DNA from: Candidatus Vogelbacteria bacterium RIFOXYD1_FULL_46_19
GTDB lineage: Bacteria > Patescibacteriota > Minisyncoccia > Phycocordibacterales > XYD1-FULL-46-19
Assembly (NCBI GenBank): GCA_001824825.1
Contig: MHTK01000002.1
Span: 6,020-70,019 of the forward strand
Length of the DNA stretch: 64,000 nucleotides
Direction: 5' to 3'
Positions 38,059 to 47,583 of this stretch are shown here, piece by piece. Under the pieces are notes generated by a model. It was not told where the DNA came from. It ran no database searches and saw nothing but the letters and a program-made list of their open reading frames with translations. Numbering within the stretch: the stretch's first letter is position 1; every line of letters begins with the position of its first letter. A program made the translations under genes and the position numbers.

Positions 38059-38940
38059 ATGCCCGAACTACCCGAAGTTGAAACGGTGGCCCGTGACCTC
38101 AACCGTGTTTTAAAAAACCACGTTATTAAAAAGGTTGTGGTCCGTGTGCCCAAAATGATTTTACCGCTCTCGGCGGAAGATTTTGGTAGTGGCTTAAAAA
38201 CTTGGTCCATCGAGAAAGTCTCCCGCCGAGCCAAAATTATCGTAATAAATTTATCTAAACCCAAAGCTAAAGCCAAGAAATTTTTACTGATTCACCTCAA
38301 AATGACCGGCCAACTTATTTGGATGCCTAAAATCGGCCAAGCAGTAATCGGCGGCCACCCCCAGCCCGGCGGTGGTCATAATTTGCCCCACAAACACACC
38401 CACGCCGAATTCCACTTCCAAGACGGGTCAGTTTTGTATTTCAACGATATGCGTAAATTTGGCTGGCTTAAATTGGTGACTGAATCAGAAAAAGAAATCA
38501 TTCTTAGCCCGCACGGCGTGGAGCCACTGGCTAAAGATTTTAGTTTGACCATTTTTACCAACCTAATCACCAAGTACCCCAACCGCACTCTTAAGCACAC
38601 CCTGCTAGACCAAAAGCTGATCGCCGGCTTAGGCAACATTTATGTGGATGAAGCCTGCTTTAAGACCGGTGTTCTACCCACGCGTCCGGTTCATACTTTA
38701 TCAAGATCAGATTTAACAAAACTTCACCAAGAGATTGTGGCTGTTTTAAAACTCTCCATCAAAAAGAAAGGGACTTCGGCCCGCAATTATGTCCGAGCCG
38801 ACGGCACCAAAGGTGGCTTTGTCCCCTACTTAAATGTGTACGGCCGCGCGGGCTTAGCCTGCAAACAATGTGGCAACCTAATTTCGAAAACTAAACATGC
38901 CGGCCGGGGCACTCATTTTTGCAGTAAATGTCAAAAATGA
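38059..38940 (+). CDS. mutM: formamidopyrimidine-DNA glycosylase
   Basis: MPELPEVET, HLKMTG, DMRKFG, GLGNIY, C-terminal zinc finger. Confidence 0.98.
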   Translation: MPELPEVETVARDLNRVLKNHVIKKVVVRVPKMILPLSAEDFGSGLKTWSIEKVSRRAKIIVINLSKPKAKAKKFLLIHLKMTGQLIWMPKIGQAVIGGHPQPGGGHNLPHKHTHAEFHFQDGSVLYFNDMRKFGWLKLVTESEKEIILSPHGVEPLAKDFSLTIFTNLITKYPNRTLKHTLLDQKLIAGLGNIYVDEACFKTGVLPTRPVHTLSRSDLTKLHQEIVAVLKLSIKKKGTSARNYVRADGTKGGFVPYLNVYGRAGLACKQCGNLISKTKHAGRGTHFCSKCQK

Positions 38941-39012
38941 TATAGACCAAAGGGCCCTCATTTTTTCGTCACAGTTCGAGATAGAAAACATTAATTTACT
39001 ATGCTTTAATAG

Positions 39013-39138
39013 TAAAAGCCGACACAAATTCACCTTTAGTTTAACCAACTGAAGTTACCCTAAGCCTAGAACCGCCAACTAGGGACGGGCCCTGATACGG
39101 GGCAGGAAGGAGGGTGTTGAATTTAGTGTCGGCTTTTT
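39013..39138 (+). ncRNA. candidate structured small RNA
   Basis: 19-bp closing stem plus three internal hairpins; -10-like TATGCT upstream; T tail. Confidence 0.35.
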
Positions 39139-39253
39139 ATCTACCCATAATTTCAAAAAACCTAACCACACTAAGTGACTAGTTGTTATAGAAAGTGTCA
39201 GAAATAAAAAAATGAAACCCCCGATTCGTCAAAACGAATCGGGGGCTAATTCT

Positions 39254-39865
39254 CTACTTGCGAAAAGCGAGAAACCGGCAATTGCCACCCCAGCCATCTT
39301 CGAACCAACCCAAGCTCAAGACGCGCCGCGAGTCATTCCCGTCGAGGAAAGGCACACGACGGTCACCACACACCTCCGCACTAGAGCCAAGAGCGACAAC
39401 CAGAAACTCTTGTTGAACCTCGGGGCAAGTCGCCCCAAAAGCAAGCAATTCCGCGAGTGTGCCGGGGCGCAAACCACGTTTCTCGAGCTCGGCCAGCACC
39501 ACCTCGGACGACCTATCATGACCGAAGTGGACCAGCTCAGGCTCAAGCTCCACTTGCCCTTCCCCCTCCACTTCGAAAAGATCCGGGGTAATGTTGAGGT
39601 CGACCAAGTCGTAACAACCAGCGATCACCATCTGCTCGAGAGTCATAGTATAATCCACGACAATCTTGCAAATTTTCGCCACCAGACCAAGTAGCTGACG
39701 AAACGCAAAGCGATCCACCCTCTTCAACTTTCCCACCACGGCCGCCTCGTAGAGATCAGCTTGAAGTCCAGTTTGAACAAGGTCGTCACAAGCCTCTTCG
39801 GTGAGGCCTTTATGATCAGCCAAATTTATGAGATGTTTTGCATTGCCCAAAATCACTATACTCAT
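39254..39865 (-). CDS. hypothetical protein
   Basis: 203-aa ORF with GGGAG RBS and a terminator at about 39217-39245. Confidence 0.75.
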   Translation of the reverse strand: MSIVILGNAKHLINLADHKGLTEEACDDLVQTGLQADLYEAAVVGKLKRVDRFAFRQLLGLVAKICKIVVDYTMTLEQMVIAGCYDLVDLNITPDLFEVEGEGQVELEPELVHFGHDRSSEVVLAELEKRGLRPGTLAELLAFGATCPEVQQEFLVVALGSSAEVCGDRRVPFLDGNDSRRVLSLGWFEDGWGGNCRFLAFRK

Positions 39866-40049
39866 AGAATTATCTCCCAGTGTTACTCTATTTAGTAATA
39901 GTAGTTTAAGTTATCCTTGGTGGAAAAACCGCCAGAGAACTTATCTGCATAAGATAATACACTTATTTTAATACCTTATCAAGATACACCCAGCTCAGAA
40001 TATCCCTATTCATAGCCGCATTCTTAGCAATTTTTGAGTCTACTTAAGT

Positions 40050-40355
40050 CTATTTCACCTTTCGCTCCAACATTATCACCCTCTTTTCCAGACGGGCAAA
40101 TTCTTGTCGATCCACTTTTTGTTTCGTTTCATATTTAATATCTGCCAGGTCTAACAGTATCTGCCCCATCCGTTCGGTATGACTATCTAATTTTTTCTCG
40201 ACAACACTAAATTTAGTCTCCACCTTTTGGTTTAATCCTAACAGCCCCTCACCGAATATTTTGAACTGCGAACGCAGATCTTCCAACACGACCGTATATT
40301 GGTCTTTCTTAGGTGCTCCTTTATTGGCCTTGGATTCTGGAGTTTTCTTCTTCAT
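40050..40355 (-). CDS. hypothetical coiled-coil protein
   Basis: Heptad pattern; KVDRQEFARLEKRV. Confidence 0.75.
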   Translation of the reverse strand: MKKKTPESKANKGAPKKDQYTVVLEDLRSQFKIFGEGLLGLNQKVETKFSVVEKKLDSHTERMGQILLDLADIKYETKQKVDRQEFARLEKRVIMLERKVK

Positions 40356-40376
40356 AAATTGATTATACTCCCAGAC

Positions 40377-40844
40377 TTAAATCAGGCCAAACAAGGCTAC
40401 CCCGGCCGCCACTGAAACATTGAGCGACTCTTTCTTCCCCCTCATGGGGATTTCGGTAATAAGATCGCATTTATTTAAAACTGACGTGGGTAAACCCTTA
40501 GTTTCTTCACCTAAGACTAAAGCCCAACTACCCTTTAGCTTTAGTTTCCGGTAATCGACTGAGTGGTCCGTTTGCTCTAAAGCCACCGTTTTAAGGCCGG
40601 CTTTTTTAAGTTTGACCAGAATGGAGGCAATGGTTTTATGATAAGTCCAGGAAACAGATTTTTCCGCCCCTAAGGCTGTTTTAGCAATTCGCGAATTCAC
40701 CCGACCAAACCGGTCGACAGGGCATGGGGTGACACCGATAAGAAATATTTTTACTATCCCCACCGCGTCCGCCGTCCGAAAAATCGCCCCCACATTGTAG
40801 GCTGAACGGATGTTATAAAGAATTAAAAAAACTTTTCGTTTCAT
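40377..40844 (-). CDS. TrmH/SpoU-family RNA methyltransferase
   Basis: NVGAIFRTADA, LGEETKGL, IPMRGKKESLNVSVA. Confidence 0.95.
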   Translation of the reverse strand: MKRKVFLILYNIRSAYNVGAIFRTADAVGIVKIFLIGVTPCPVDRFGRVNSRIAKTALGAEKSVSWTYHKTIASILVKLKKAGLKTVALEQTDHSVDYRKLKLKGSWALVLGEETKGLPTSVLNKCDLITEIPMRGKKESLNVSVAAGVALFGLI

Positions 40845-40884
40845 CTTTTGAAACTATCAGGAATTAAACTAGAAGTAAACTTGA

Positions 40885-41106
40885 TGCCCCGTGCAAGATT
40901 CTGTCCCTACCTGCCCGCCAGCGCCTAAGCCAGCAGGGCGACTCGCCTGCCATGCAAGGTACGAACGGGTACCCCGCCCTGTGCACAGGGCGGGGTCTTT
41001 CGAATCCTGACGCAAGCCAAGTCCTAAAGCCGTCCGGACTCGGAGTAGGCCAGTTGACTTGCTCACGGGGCACAAAATAAAAACGCCTAGCGGCGTCTTC
41101 ATTTTG
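40885..41106 (-). repeat. tRNA-Lys mirror element
   Basis: Split antisense copy; CTG|C hairpin with a 29-nt insert; direct copy at 40885-40901. Confidence 0.8.
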
Positions 41107-41179
41107 TGCCCCGTGCAGGATTCGAACCTGCGACCGTTCGCTTAAAAGGCGACTGCTCTACCAACTGAGCTAACGGGGC
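41107..41179 (-). tRNA. tRNA-Lys(TTT)
   Basis: Cloverleaf; anticodon loop CTTTTAA. Confidence 0.96.
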
Positions 41180-41226
41180 AAAAGAGTTTAAACGCAAATT
41201 ATTCTACCTTAAAAATTTCACCTAGT

Positions 41227-41943
41227 CTACACCCCCAACACCCACCGCTCCAGCGCCACGTCCAAATCACGACTGCGACGCCTAGTCTCATGATATAAAA
41301 CCAACAACTCGCCCATTATCGACAGCAACTCCGCTTCGGTATAATTACGGCCAAACCGGCGCAACTTGGAAGCCACAAACGGCGCCACCGGCAATTTTTG
41401 ATTATCCGGCTCCCCGGCGGCTAGACTCAAGTTGACCACCATCCCCCACAACTGCCAAAACACCTCTTCGGCCACATAGCCCCGCAATTTGGCTTCGGCT
41501 AGAGTCAGCCATAACTTTTGACGATTTCTTTCACCGAAAGCATCGCCAATGGAATAAATAAAATTGTCTCGCTTGGCTTTAGACGTTACCGCCGAAAATT
41601 CTTTCAACTGAGCCCCGGCCTCCGTCAACCTTTTCTTAAGTAGGGCTAAAATTTTGGTCTCCACCACCACAAAAATATGTTCAGCCTGTACTAAACCGGG
41701 AAGCTCCGCCTCTAGCCACTCCAGCCCATTCGGCTGAGCTAAAATATCCCTTAACTCCACTATATGTTTAGCCTCAAACAAACCTTGAGCCGACACCAGC
41801 TCACTGGCCACCCGACTGTCAAAATTATCTTCATTAAATATAAAGTGTTCAGCCTCGGGCCGCTTGTGGTGCACCGCCGTTAAAAATTTAGCCGTATAAG
41901 CTAAACATTTGGCTCGGTCTGATCCGTAAAATACGTAAAGCAT
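41227..41943 (-). CDS. DNA polymerase III delta subunit-like (short HolA)
   Basis: MLYVFYGSD, xGLFxxK, PFVxxK, LERWVL layout typical of HolA. Confidence 0.65.
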   Translation of the reverse strand: MLYVFYGSDRAKCLAYTAKFLTAVHHKRPEAEHFIFNEDNFDSRVASELVSAQGLFEAKHIVELRDILAQPNGLEWLEAELPGLVQAEHIFVVVETKILALLKKRLTEAGAQLKEFSAVTSKAKRDNFIYSIGDAFGERNRQKLWLTLAEAKLRGYVAEEVFWQLWGMVVNLSLAAGEPDNQKLPVAPFVASKLRRFGRNYTEAELLSIMGELLVLYHETRRRSRDLDVALERWVLGV

Positions 41944-41960
41944 AATTTATTAGACCCAAG

Positions 41961-42743
41961 TTACAACTTTAGGGTAAGTAAAATTGGCGCATGATCTGAA
42001 CCCAAAACCTCATCCAAAATATCGGCCTGGACCACTCTCTTAGCCAAAGAAGTTGAAACATAAAAGTAGTCGATCCGCCACCCCACCCCTCGCTCGCGCG
42101 AGCGAGTTTTTTGATCCCACCAACTATACTTAACCATCTGCGGGTGCTTTAGGCGAAAGGTGTCCACAAAGCCCAACTCGGTAAACTGATCAAGCCAGGC
42201 CCGCTCCACGGGCATAAAGCCGGAGGTATTCTCATTTTGCTTGGGTCTCGCCAAGTCGATAGCTTGATGCGCCGTGTTCACGTCACCGCAAAATATAATA
42301 TTAGGTTGGATTTTTTGAAGTTTTTTTAGATGCTTGGTAAACTCCTGATAAAAATCCAGTTTATACTTGAGTCTCTCGGCACTAGCTCCCCCATTCGGAA
42401 AATAAACATTTAACAAGACAAATTTTTCAAAATGAAGTTCAATCACCCGCCCCTCCTGTGACAATAAGCTAGTGCCAAAATCTGTTACAATTTTATGTGG
42501 TACCAATTTGGAGTAAACCGCAACACCACTATAACCTTTCTTGGGAGTACAACAATGCCAATAAGAGTTATAACCATCGGGGTGAAGTAAATTTTCTGAC
42601 AAGTGCGAAGAATCGTGGGTCTTGGTTTCTTGAATACCCACTAGGTCGTAGCGCCCGGCTAACATAAAGTCAATAAAACCTTTGCGCTCAGCGGCGCGCA
42701 CGCCGTTAACATTCCACGATACCAGCGAGAGGGTTTGGGCCAT
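41961..42743 (-). CDS. xth: exodeoxyribonuclease III
   Basis: SWNVNG, QETK, GDVNTAH, GWRIDY, SDHAP. Confidence 0.97.
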   Translation of the reverse strand: MAQTLSLVSWNVNGVRAAERKGFIDFMLAGRYDLVGIQETKTHDSSHLSENLLHPDGYNSYWHCCTPKKGYSGVAVYSKLVPHKIVTDFGTSLLSQEGRVIELHFEKFVLLNVYFPNGGASAERLKYKLDFYQEFTKHLKKLQKIQPNIIFCGDVNTAHQAIDLARPKQNENTSGFMPVERAWLDQFTELGFVDTFRLKHPQMVKYSWWDQKTRSRERGVGWRIDYFYVSTSLAKRVVQADILDEVLGSDHAPILLTLKL

Positions 42744-42764
42744 AAAATTTAGTATAACATAGGC

Positions 42765-43367
42765 TTATGTTAGAACTTTTAAGACTTGGAAATCTTTAAA
42801 CAAAGTATTTTTAAGAGCTTGGTTATAAATAGCAGCGGCCGGGTGGTAAAGCGGTAATACCGACATCGCGAGCCCTTTAAGGGAACCCGGAATAACTCGA
42901 CCGTGAAGCTCACCAATCGAACGCAACCTTTCCGACGAATCAAACTTGTCTAAAATATATTTCATCGAGAAGCGTCCCAGGGTGGCAATAATTTCAGGTT
43001 CGATAATCTCAATTTGTCGATCCAGAAAAGGTCCGTAAAAAATTATTTCCTCCGGACTAGGGTCGCGATTGGCCGGCGGCCGGTCTTTAACAATATTGGT
43101 CACGTACACATCGGACCGTTTTAAACCAATCGAGTTTAAAAGCTCGTCTAAAATCCGTCCCGAGGCGCCACAAAAAGGTTTAGCGGTTAAAGCCTCGTTT
43201 TTACCAGGCGCTTCACCCACGAACATAACCCTCGCCTCATGGTTACCCTCACCAATGACCGGATAATATTTATTGGCTTGCCGATACTCATATAAAGGCG
43301 AGCTCGTTAAATTTAAAAGCTCATCCTTAATCTCTTTTAAGCCCTGATGTTTTTCGTCTAGAGTCAT
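42765..43367 (-). CDS. uracil-DNA glycosylase (family 4-like)
   Basis: GEAPG, PFxGxSG, RPPxNRDP, YHPAA. Confidence 0.93.
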   Translation of the reverse strand: MTLDEKHQGLKEIKDELLNLTSSPLYEYRQANKYYPVIGEGNHEARVMFVGEAPGKNEALTAKPFCGASGRILDELLNSIGLKRSDVYVTNIVKDRPPANRDPSPEEIIFYGPFLDRQIEIIEPEIIATLGRFSMKYILDKFDSSERLRSIGELHGRVIPGSLKGLAMSVLPLYHPAAAIYNQALKNTLFKDFQVLKVLT

Positions 43368-43627
43368 TTGGTTTTTTCCGATGAAAGTAACTTGGCTTTA
43401 GCCTTAGGACCTCCCCGATTGTACCCGCCCACCCCACCGTCGGAACGCACCACCCGGTGGCAGGGAATGCTGGGATTATAATTTTTACTTAAAATTATCC
43501 CCACCGCGCGGCAGGCCCGGGGATTCCCCGCCAAACGCGCCACCTCTTGGTAGGTTAGGGTTTGGCCGCGTTTAATATGTTTTACCACTTGATAAACTTG
43601 CTGGGTAAAGGTTGGGGTCTGTTTCAT
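43364..43627 (-). CDS. minimal O6-methylguanine-DNA methyltransferase (MGMT family)
   Basis: TYxEVA, RAVG, IPCHRVV active site. Confidence 0.92.
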   Translation of the reverse strand: MKQTPTFTQQVYQVVKHIKRGQTLTYQEVARLAGNPRACRAVGIILSKNYNPSIPCHRVVRSDGGVGGYNRGGPKAKAKLLSSEKTK

Positions 43628-43646
43628 AACCTTATCCTAACATTAC

Positions 43647-43700
43647 AAAAACCCCGCTTACAAACAATTTAAGCTTAAATTGTTTGTAAGCGGGGTTTTT
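43647..43700. terminator. 54-bp perfect palindrome (terminator-like)
   Basis: AAAAACCCCGCTTACAAACAATTTAAG|CTTAAATTGTTTGTAAGCGGGGTTTTT. Confidence 0.7.
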
Positions 43701-43714
43701 AATTTTTTGTTGAG

Positions 43715-43936
43715 TTAGATCTGAGCTTCAGCGGCGGCATCAACTTCACCTTCCGCAGCACCAGCGTCAGCACCTTCAGTTACGAAAGAACCAGCACCAG
43801 CATCACCGGTCACATCAATCACTTCAGCCTCGTTGTCAATTGCATCAACTGGAGTATCGTTCTGACCCATGTACCAGATAACACCAGCAATAATGATAAC
43901 AATTACAACGATAGCAATGATTACATTTTTGGACAT
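43715..43936 (-). CDS. small single-pass membrane protein with acidic tail
   Basis: N-terminal TM helix; A/D/E-rich tail; own terminator. Confidence 0.75.
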   Translation of the reverse strand: MSKNVIIAIVVIVIIIAGVIWYMGQNDTPVDAIDNEAEVIDVTGDAGAGSFVTEGADAGAAEGEVDAAAEAQI

Positions 43937-44050
43937 AATTGCTTTAGTTGTTTAGTAATCGACCTTTCCTTGATTGTCAATAATTAAACACTACCATTTC
44001 CGTGGTTTATTTTCAACATTTAAGCCCATGTGGATAATTAAACCCCAACT

Positions 44051-46414
44051 TTAGCCCTCTTGCAACTGACCCCAACTGGGCCCGGTTTCAATATTTACGT
44101 CTAGGGGGATCTCCGCGGTTAAAACCCCCTTCATTTCTTTTTCAATAATCACCCGCACCCGATCAACCACAGGCTGTTCGACCTCATAGATCAACTCATC
44201 ATGAACTTGAAGTAAGAAATGGGCCTGATTAATGAGCCCTGCTTGGCGGAGAGACTCATCAATCCTAATGGTCGCCAGCTTCACAATATCCGCTTCGGTG
44301 CCTTGGATCGGAGCGTTAAAAGCGGCCCGCTCCGCTTGAGCCCGCACAAAGGGTAGTTTAGATTTAAGCCCAGGGAAATAACGCCGCCGCCCAAACATGG
44401 TCTCAGTGTAACCACTAGTGTAAGCCGCCGCAATCACCGTATCAAAATACTCCCGCACCCCGGCAAATTGCTGGAAATAGTTGTCGTGAAAAGTTTGAGC
44501 CTCCTCCCGGGTCGAACCGAGATTGGCCCGCAAAGCATTAACTCCCATACCGTAAATAATCCCAAAGTTAATCACTTTAGCCTGCCGACGCATATCTTTA
44601 GTAACTTCTTCGGGGGCTACCCCAAACACCAGAGAGGCCACCGACCGGTGGACATCTTGGCCGGTTTTAAAAATTTCCAGCAGTTGCGAATCTTTGGACA
44701 ATAAAGCTAACACCCGCAATTCGATTTGCGAGTAGTCTCCGGCCACCCACACATGACCCGGGGTCGCCACAAAACCGCGGCGAATAGCCGCCCCGTAAGC
44801 GTCACTGGAAGGTATATTTTGTAAATTGGGGTCAGTGCTAGACATCCGACCAGTGGTGGTACCGGCTTGATTTAACTTGGAGTGGAGGCGGTTTTGCTCA
44901 TCAACCAACTTAGGAATCGCATCCAAATAGGTGGAGACTAATTTTTGTAGCTCCCGGTATTTAAGAATATCGGTCACAATCGGATGGGCGGCTTGAAGTT
45001 TAAGAAGCTCCGACTCCCTGGTCGAGCGGGCCCCACCGGCTGTTTTTTTCAAACCCTTCGTCGATACCATAAGTTTATCAAACAAAATTTCTCCCAATTG
45101 GCGCGGTGAGTTTAGATTAAATTCCTGACCGGCCACCGTGAAAATCTGTTGCTCCAACTTTTTAAGTTGACCGTGAAAATCTTTCGACAGTCCGGCTAAA
45201 TATTTTACATCCACCAAAATACCTCGCTGTTCGGCCTGTTTTAAAATCGGTAGCAGTGGCTCTTCAATTTCTTGATAAACCGCCAGCAAACTTTTTTCTT
45301 TTAATTCAGCCATTAAAGCCGGCCAAGCCTCTTCGAGGGTTTTTTTACCGGTATAATTCAGCAGGTCAGCCAGGTCGGGGTTGGTTTGATTGGAATCCAA
45401 AATCCACCACGCCACCGCTGCCTGGCGCCACAGCGAGGGGTCCACTTTTACCTCCACTTGATCCTCGGGGGCCACCACTTTCTTATCAGTCAACACCGCC
45501 CGGGCTCGAGCCAGCAAAGTTTTAAAGTCCAATTCCTGAAAAGTTTTTTCCACCCCTCCAAAATCTAGTGTATCCCGCCAGTAGTCACCGGCCAGAGTAA
45601 ACTCAATCGGGGCATCACGCCTGATAGTGGCCAAGGTTTTGGAAAAAAGGGCTTCCTCTTCACCTTCCTTCAACAAGCTAATAATCCGCGGTTTAATACC
45701 GGCGTCCAAAAACTTTTGCTCCCCACCTTTCTTCTGACCCAAGGTTTTATAAATTTTTTCAATCGAACCAAATTCTTGAATCAAAGTGGTAGCGGTTTTC
45801 TCTCCAATGCCCGAGATACCAATAATATTGTCAGACGGGTCGCCCCGTAAACCCTTAAAGTCGGTTAAATATTCCGGCGCAAAGCCAAAGCGGGCGCGAA
45901 CACTCTCTTCGTCATACAAAATAGTATCGTTTAAACCCCGCTTTAGAGTGTAAACCAACACCTGGTCCCCGGTTACCAACTGCATAGTGTCCATATCCCC
46001 TGAGGCGATCACCACCTGCAAATCTTTTTTAGCTTTAGTTTGCTCAACGATAGTGCCGATAATGTCGTCCGCTTCAAAACCCACCGCATCGTAAATAGGA
46101 ATCCCAAAAGCGGTAAAAATATCGCGTGAGCGATTCATCTGAGCCACCAAGGCCTCATCCGCCTTGGCTCGGCCAGCTTTATAGTTATCGTAAACTTTCT
46201 TCCTAAAGGTAGGTTCAGCCAAATCGTAACAAGCGGCCATATAGTCGGGCTTTAACTCTTGGATTATTTTTAAAAGCATGGAAGCCAAGCCATATAAGCC
46301 ACCGGTCGGCTCACCCGCGGCCGACACAAAATCGGGCAAGGCATGATAGGCCCGATGCAAAATAGCGTGAGCATCAAATAAAACCAGTTTCTGACTGTAT
46401 TTTTTAGTGGCCAT
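44051..46414 (-). CDS. polA: DNA polymerase I (5'-3' exonuclease and polymerase; 3'-5' exonuclease region much reduced)
   Basis: EADDIIGT, GDPSDNI, TGRMSSxxPNLQNIP, DYSQIELR, QVHDEL. Confidence 0.97.
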   Translation of the reverse strand: MATKKYSQKLVLFDAHAILHRAYHALPDFVSAAGEPTGGLYGLASMLLKIIQELKPDYMAACYDLAEPTFRKKVYDNYKAGRAKADEALVAQMNRSRDIFTAFGIPIYDAVGFEADDIIGTIVEQTKAKKDLQVVIASGDMDTMQLVTGDQVLVYTLKRGLNDTILYDEESVRARFGFAPEYLTDFKGLRGDPSDNIIGISGIGEKTATTLIQEFGSIEKIYKTLGQKKGGEQKFLDAGIKPRIISLLKEGEEEALFSKTLATIRRDAPIEFTLAGDYWRDTLDFGGVEKTFQELDFKTLLARARAVLTDKKVVAPEDQVEVKVDPSLWRQAAVAWWILDSNQTNPDLADLLNYTGKKTLEEAWPALMAELKEKSLLAVYQEIEEPLLPILKQAEQRGILVDVKYLAGLSKDFHGQLKKLEQQIFTVAGQEFNLNSPRQLGEILFDKLMVSTKGLKKTAGGARSTRESELLKLQAAHPIVTDILKYRELQKLVSTYLDAIPKLVDEQNRLHSKLNQAGTTTGRMSSTDPNLQNIPSSDAYGAAIRRGFVATPGHVWVAGDYSQIELRVLALLSKDSQLLEIFKTGQDVHRSVASLVFGVAPEEVTKDMRRQAKVINFGIIYGMGVNALRANLGSTREEAQTFHDNYFQQFAGVREYFDTVIAAAYTSGYTETMFGRRRYFPGLKSKLPFVRAQAERAAFNAPIQGTEADIVKLATIRIDESLRQAGLINQAHFLLQVHDELIYEVEQPVVDRVRVIIEKEMKGVLTAEIPLDVNIETGPSWGQLQEG

Positions 46415-46844
46415 AACTAATACTTCTAGTGGTGTCGTCAATAAATTTAAAATCAATATTCACCAGTTCCGCCGGTAAAACATCCGCCACTCGCTCCGGC
46501 CACTCGATAACTATTAAATGGCCAGGCTCGGATAACAAATCGGCGAAACCTAGTTGGACCAGCTCTTCCACTCGCTCCAGCCGATAGGCATCAATATGGA
46601 TCAGGCGCTTAAATTTTGACCCGAGTGGCAAATCATAAATTTTTTCAATCACAAAAGTCGGACTAATAACCGTCTCGATAATTCCGAGCGCCTCGGCCAA
46701 CCCTTGCGTAAACGCAGTTTTACCCGCCCCCAAGTCACCCCGCAGGGCCACCACCGTGGCCCGGTCAACTCCGGGAGATAGCTCATTTATAAAATCAGCC
46801 GCCAGTTGCTTGGTTTCCGCTAGACTTTTCGTGATCGTTTCCAT
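46404..46844 (-). CDS. tsaE: tRNA threonylcarbamoyladenosine biosynthesis ATPase TsaE
   Basis: GDLGAGKT, SPTF, HIDAYRL, IEW. Confidence 0.96.
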   Translation of the reverse strand: METITKSLAETKQLAADFINELSPGVDRATVVALRGDLGAGKTAFTQGLAEALGIIETVISPTFVIEKIYDLPLGSKFKRLIHIDAYRLERVEELVQLGFADLLSEPGHLIVIEWPERVADVLPAELVNIDFKFIDDTTRSISYGH

Positions 46845-46947
46845 AACCAAAATTGTAGCACAAGGACTCCCTTTGCCCACGCTGACCTCTGGTAACAAAA
46901 AAGCGCGCAAGGGTCTAAAGACTCTTGCGCGCTATCCACAGAACAAT

Positions 46948-47583
46948 TTATCGCTGGGGGCCTCGGACCACGCGGTCCGAGGATGACTTCCGTGGCCCTG
47001 GCGGGGGTGGCGTGTGCTGCTTCGGCAGGGCCGGCAGGTGCGCCGCGTCGGCCGAGCGAGACGGGGCTCGCTCCACACTCCGGCTGGGCGCCGGGGTGGT
47101 GCGCCGGCTCACACTGGGCGTAGACACCGAGCGCGACCGCGTCTCGACATGCGGGCGCGTCGTCGGCCCGATTGGACGCGGACGACTGGGCCGCTCGATC
47201 ACAATGGGTTGTGACTCGAGCTGGCGGTTTTCCACCCGCACGTCGTGGCGAAATTCCGCCCACTCTCTCGCTTCACGCGAGATAGTTTGAAGCTGACGCG
47301 TTTGTTCCCGCGCAGCCCGCTCGGCCGCGCGATCCTCGTCCCGCCGACGTTGCTCGTCCAGCCGCGCCCAGTCCATCGCTCGGTCGTGGGCTTGATCACG
47401 CTCATAGGCATCTTGCCGACGCAGCATGACCTGATCGCGGGGATCCTCATAAACCACAACAGTATTCCCCGGTTGGACATACTGTCCATTCCGGTAGTGG
47501 TACGTCATACCACTACCTGTCGAGGCACACCCACCACTAACCAACACCGCGAGCACCAACATCAATCCAACGAACTTACTCAT
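46948..47583 (-). CDS. hypothetical lipoprotein
   Basis: Signal peptide with SGGC lipobox; R/P-rich tail; GGGAGG RBS; GC-rich. Confidence 0.7.
   Translation of the reverse strand: MSKFVGLMLVLAVLVSGGCASTGSGMTYHYRNGQYVQPGNTVVVYEDPRDQVMLRRQDAYERDQAHDRAMDWARLDEQRRRDEDRAAERAAREQTRQLQTISREAREWAEFRHDVRVENRQLESQPIVIERPSRPRPIGPTTRPHVETRSRSVSTPSVSRRTTPAPSRSVERAPSRSADAAHLPALPKQHTPPPPGPRKSSSDRVVRGPQR

Noticed and set aside
39013-39138. SRP (4.5S) RNA
   Set aside because: Lacks the CAGG...GGAA...AGCAG helix-8 arrangement
24301-41106. Mirror elements as theta/HDV-like ribozymes or tRNA introns
   Set aside because: The tRNAs are uninterrupted and I could not find the nested double pseudoknot starting at the tRNA 3' end; not excluded computationally
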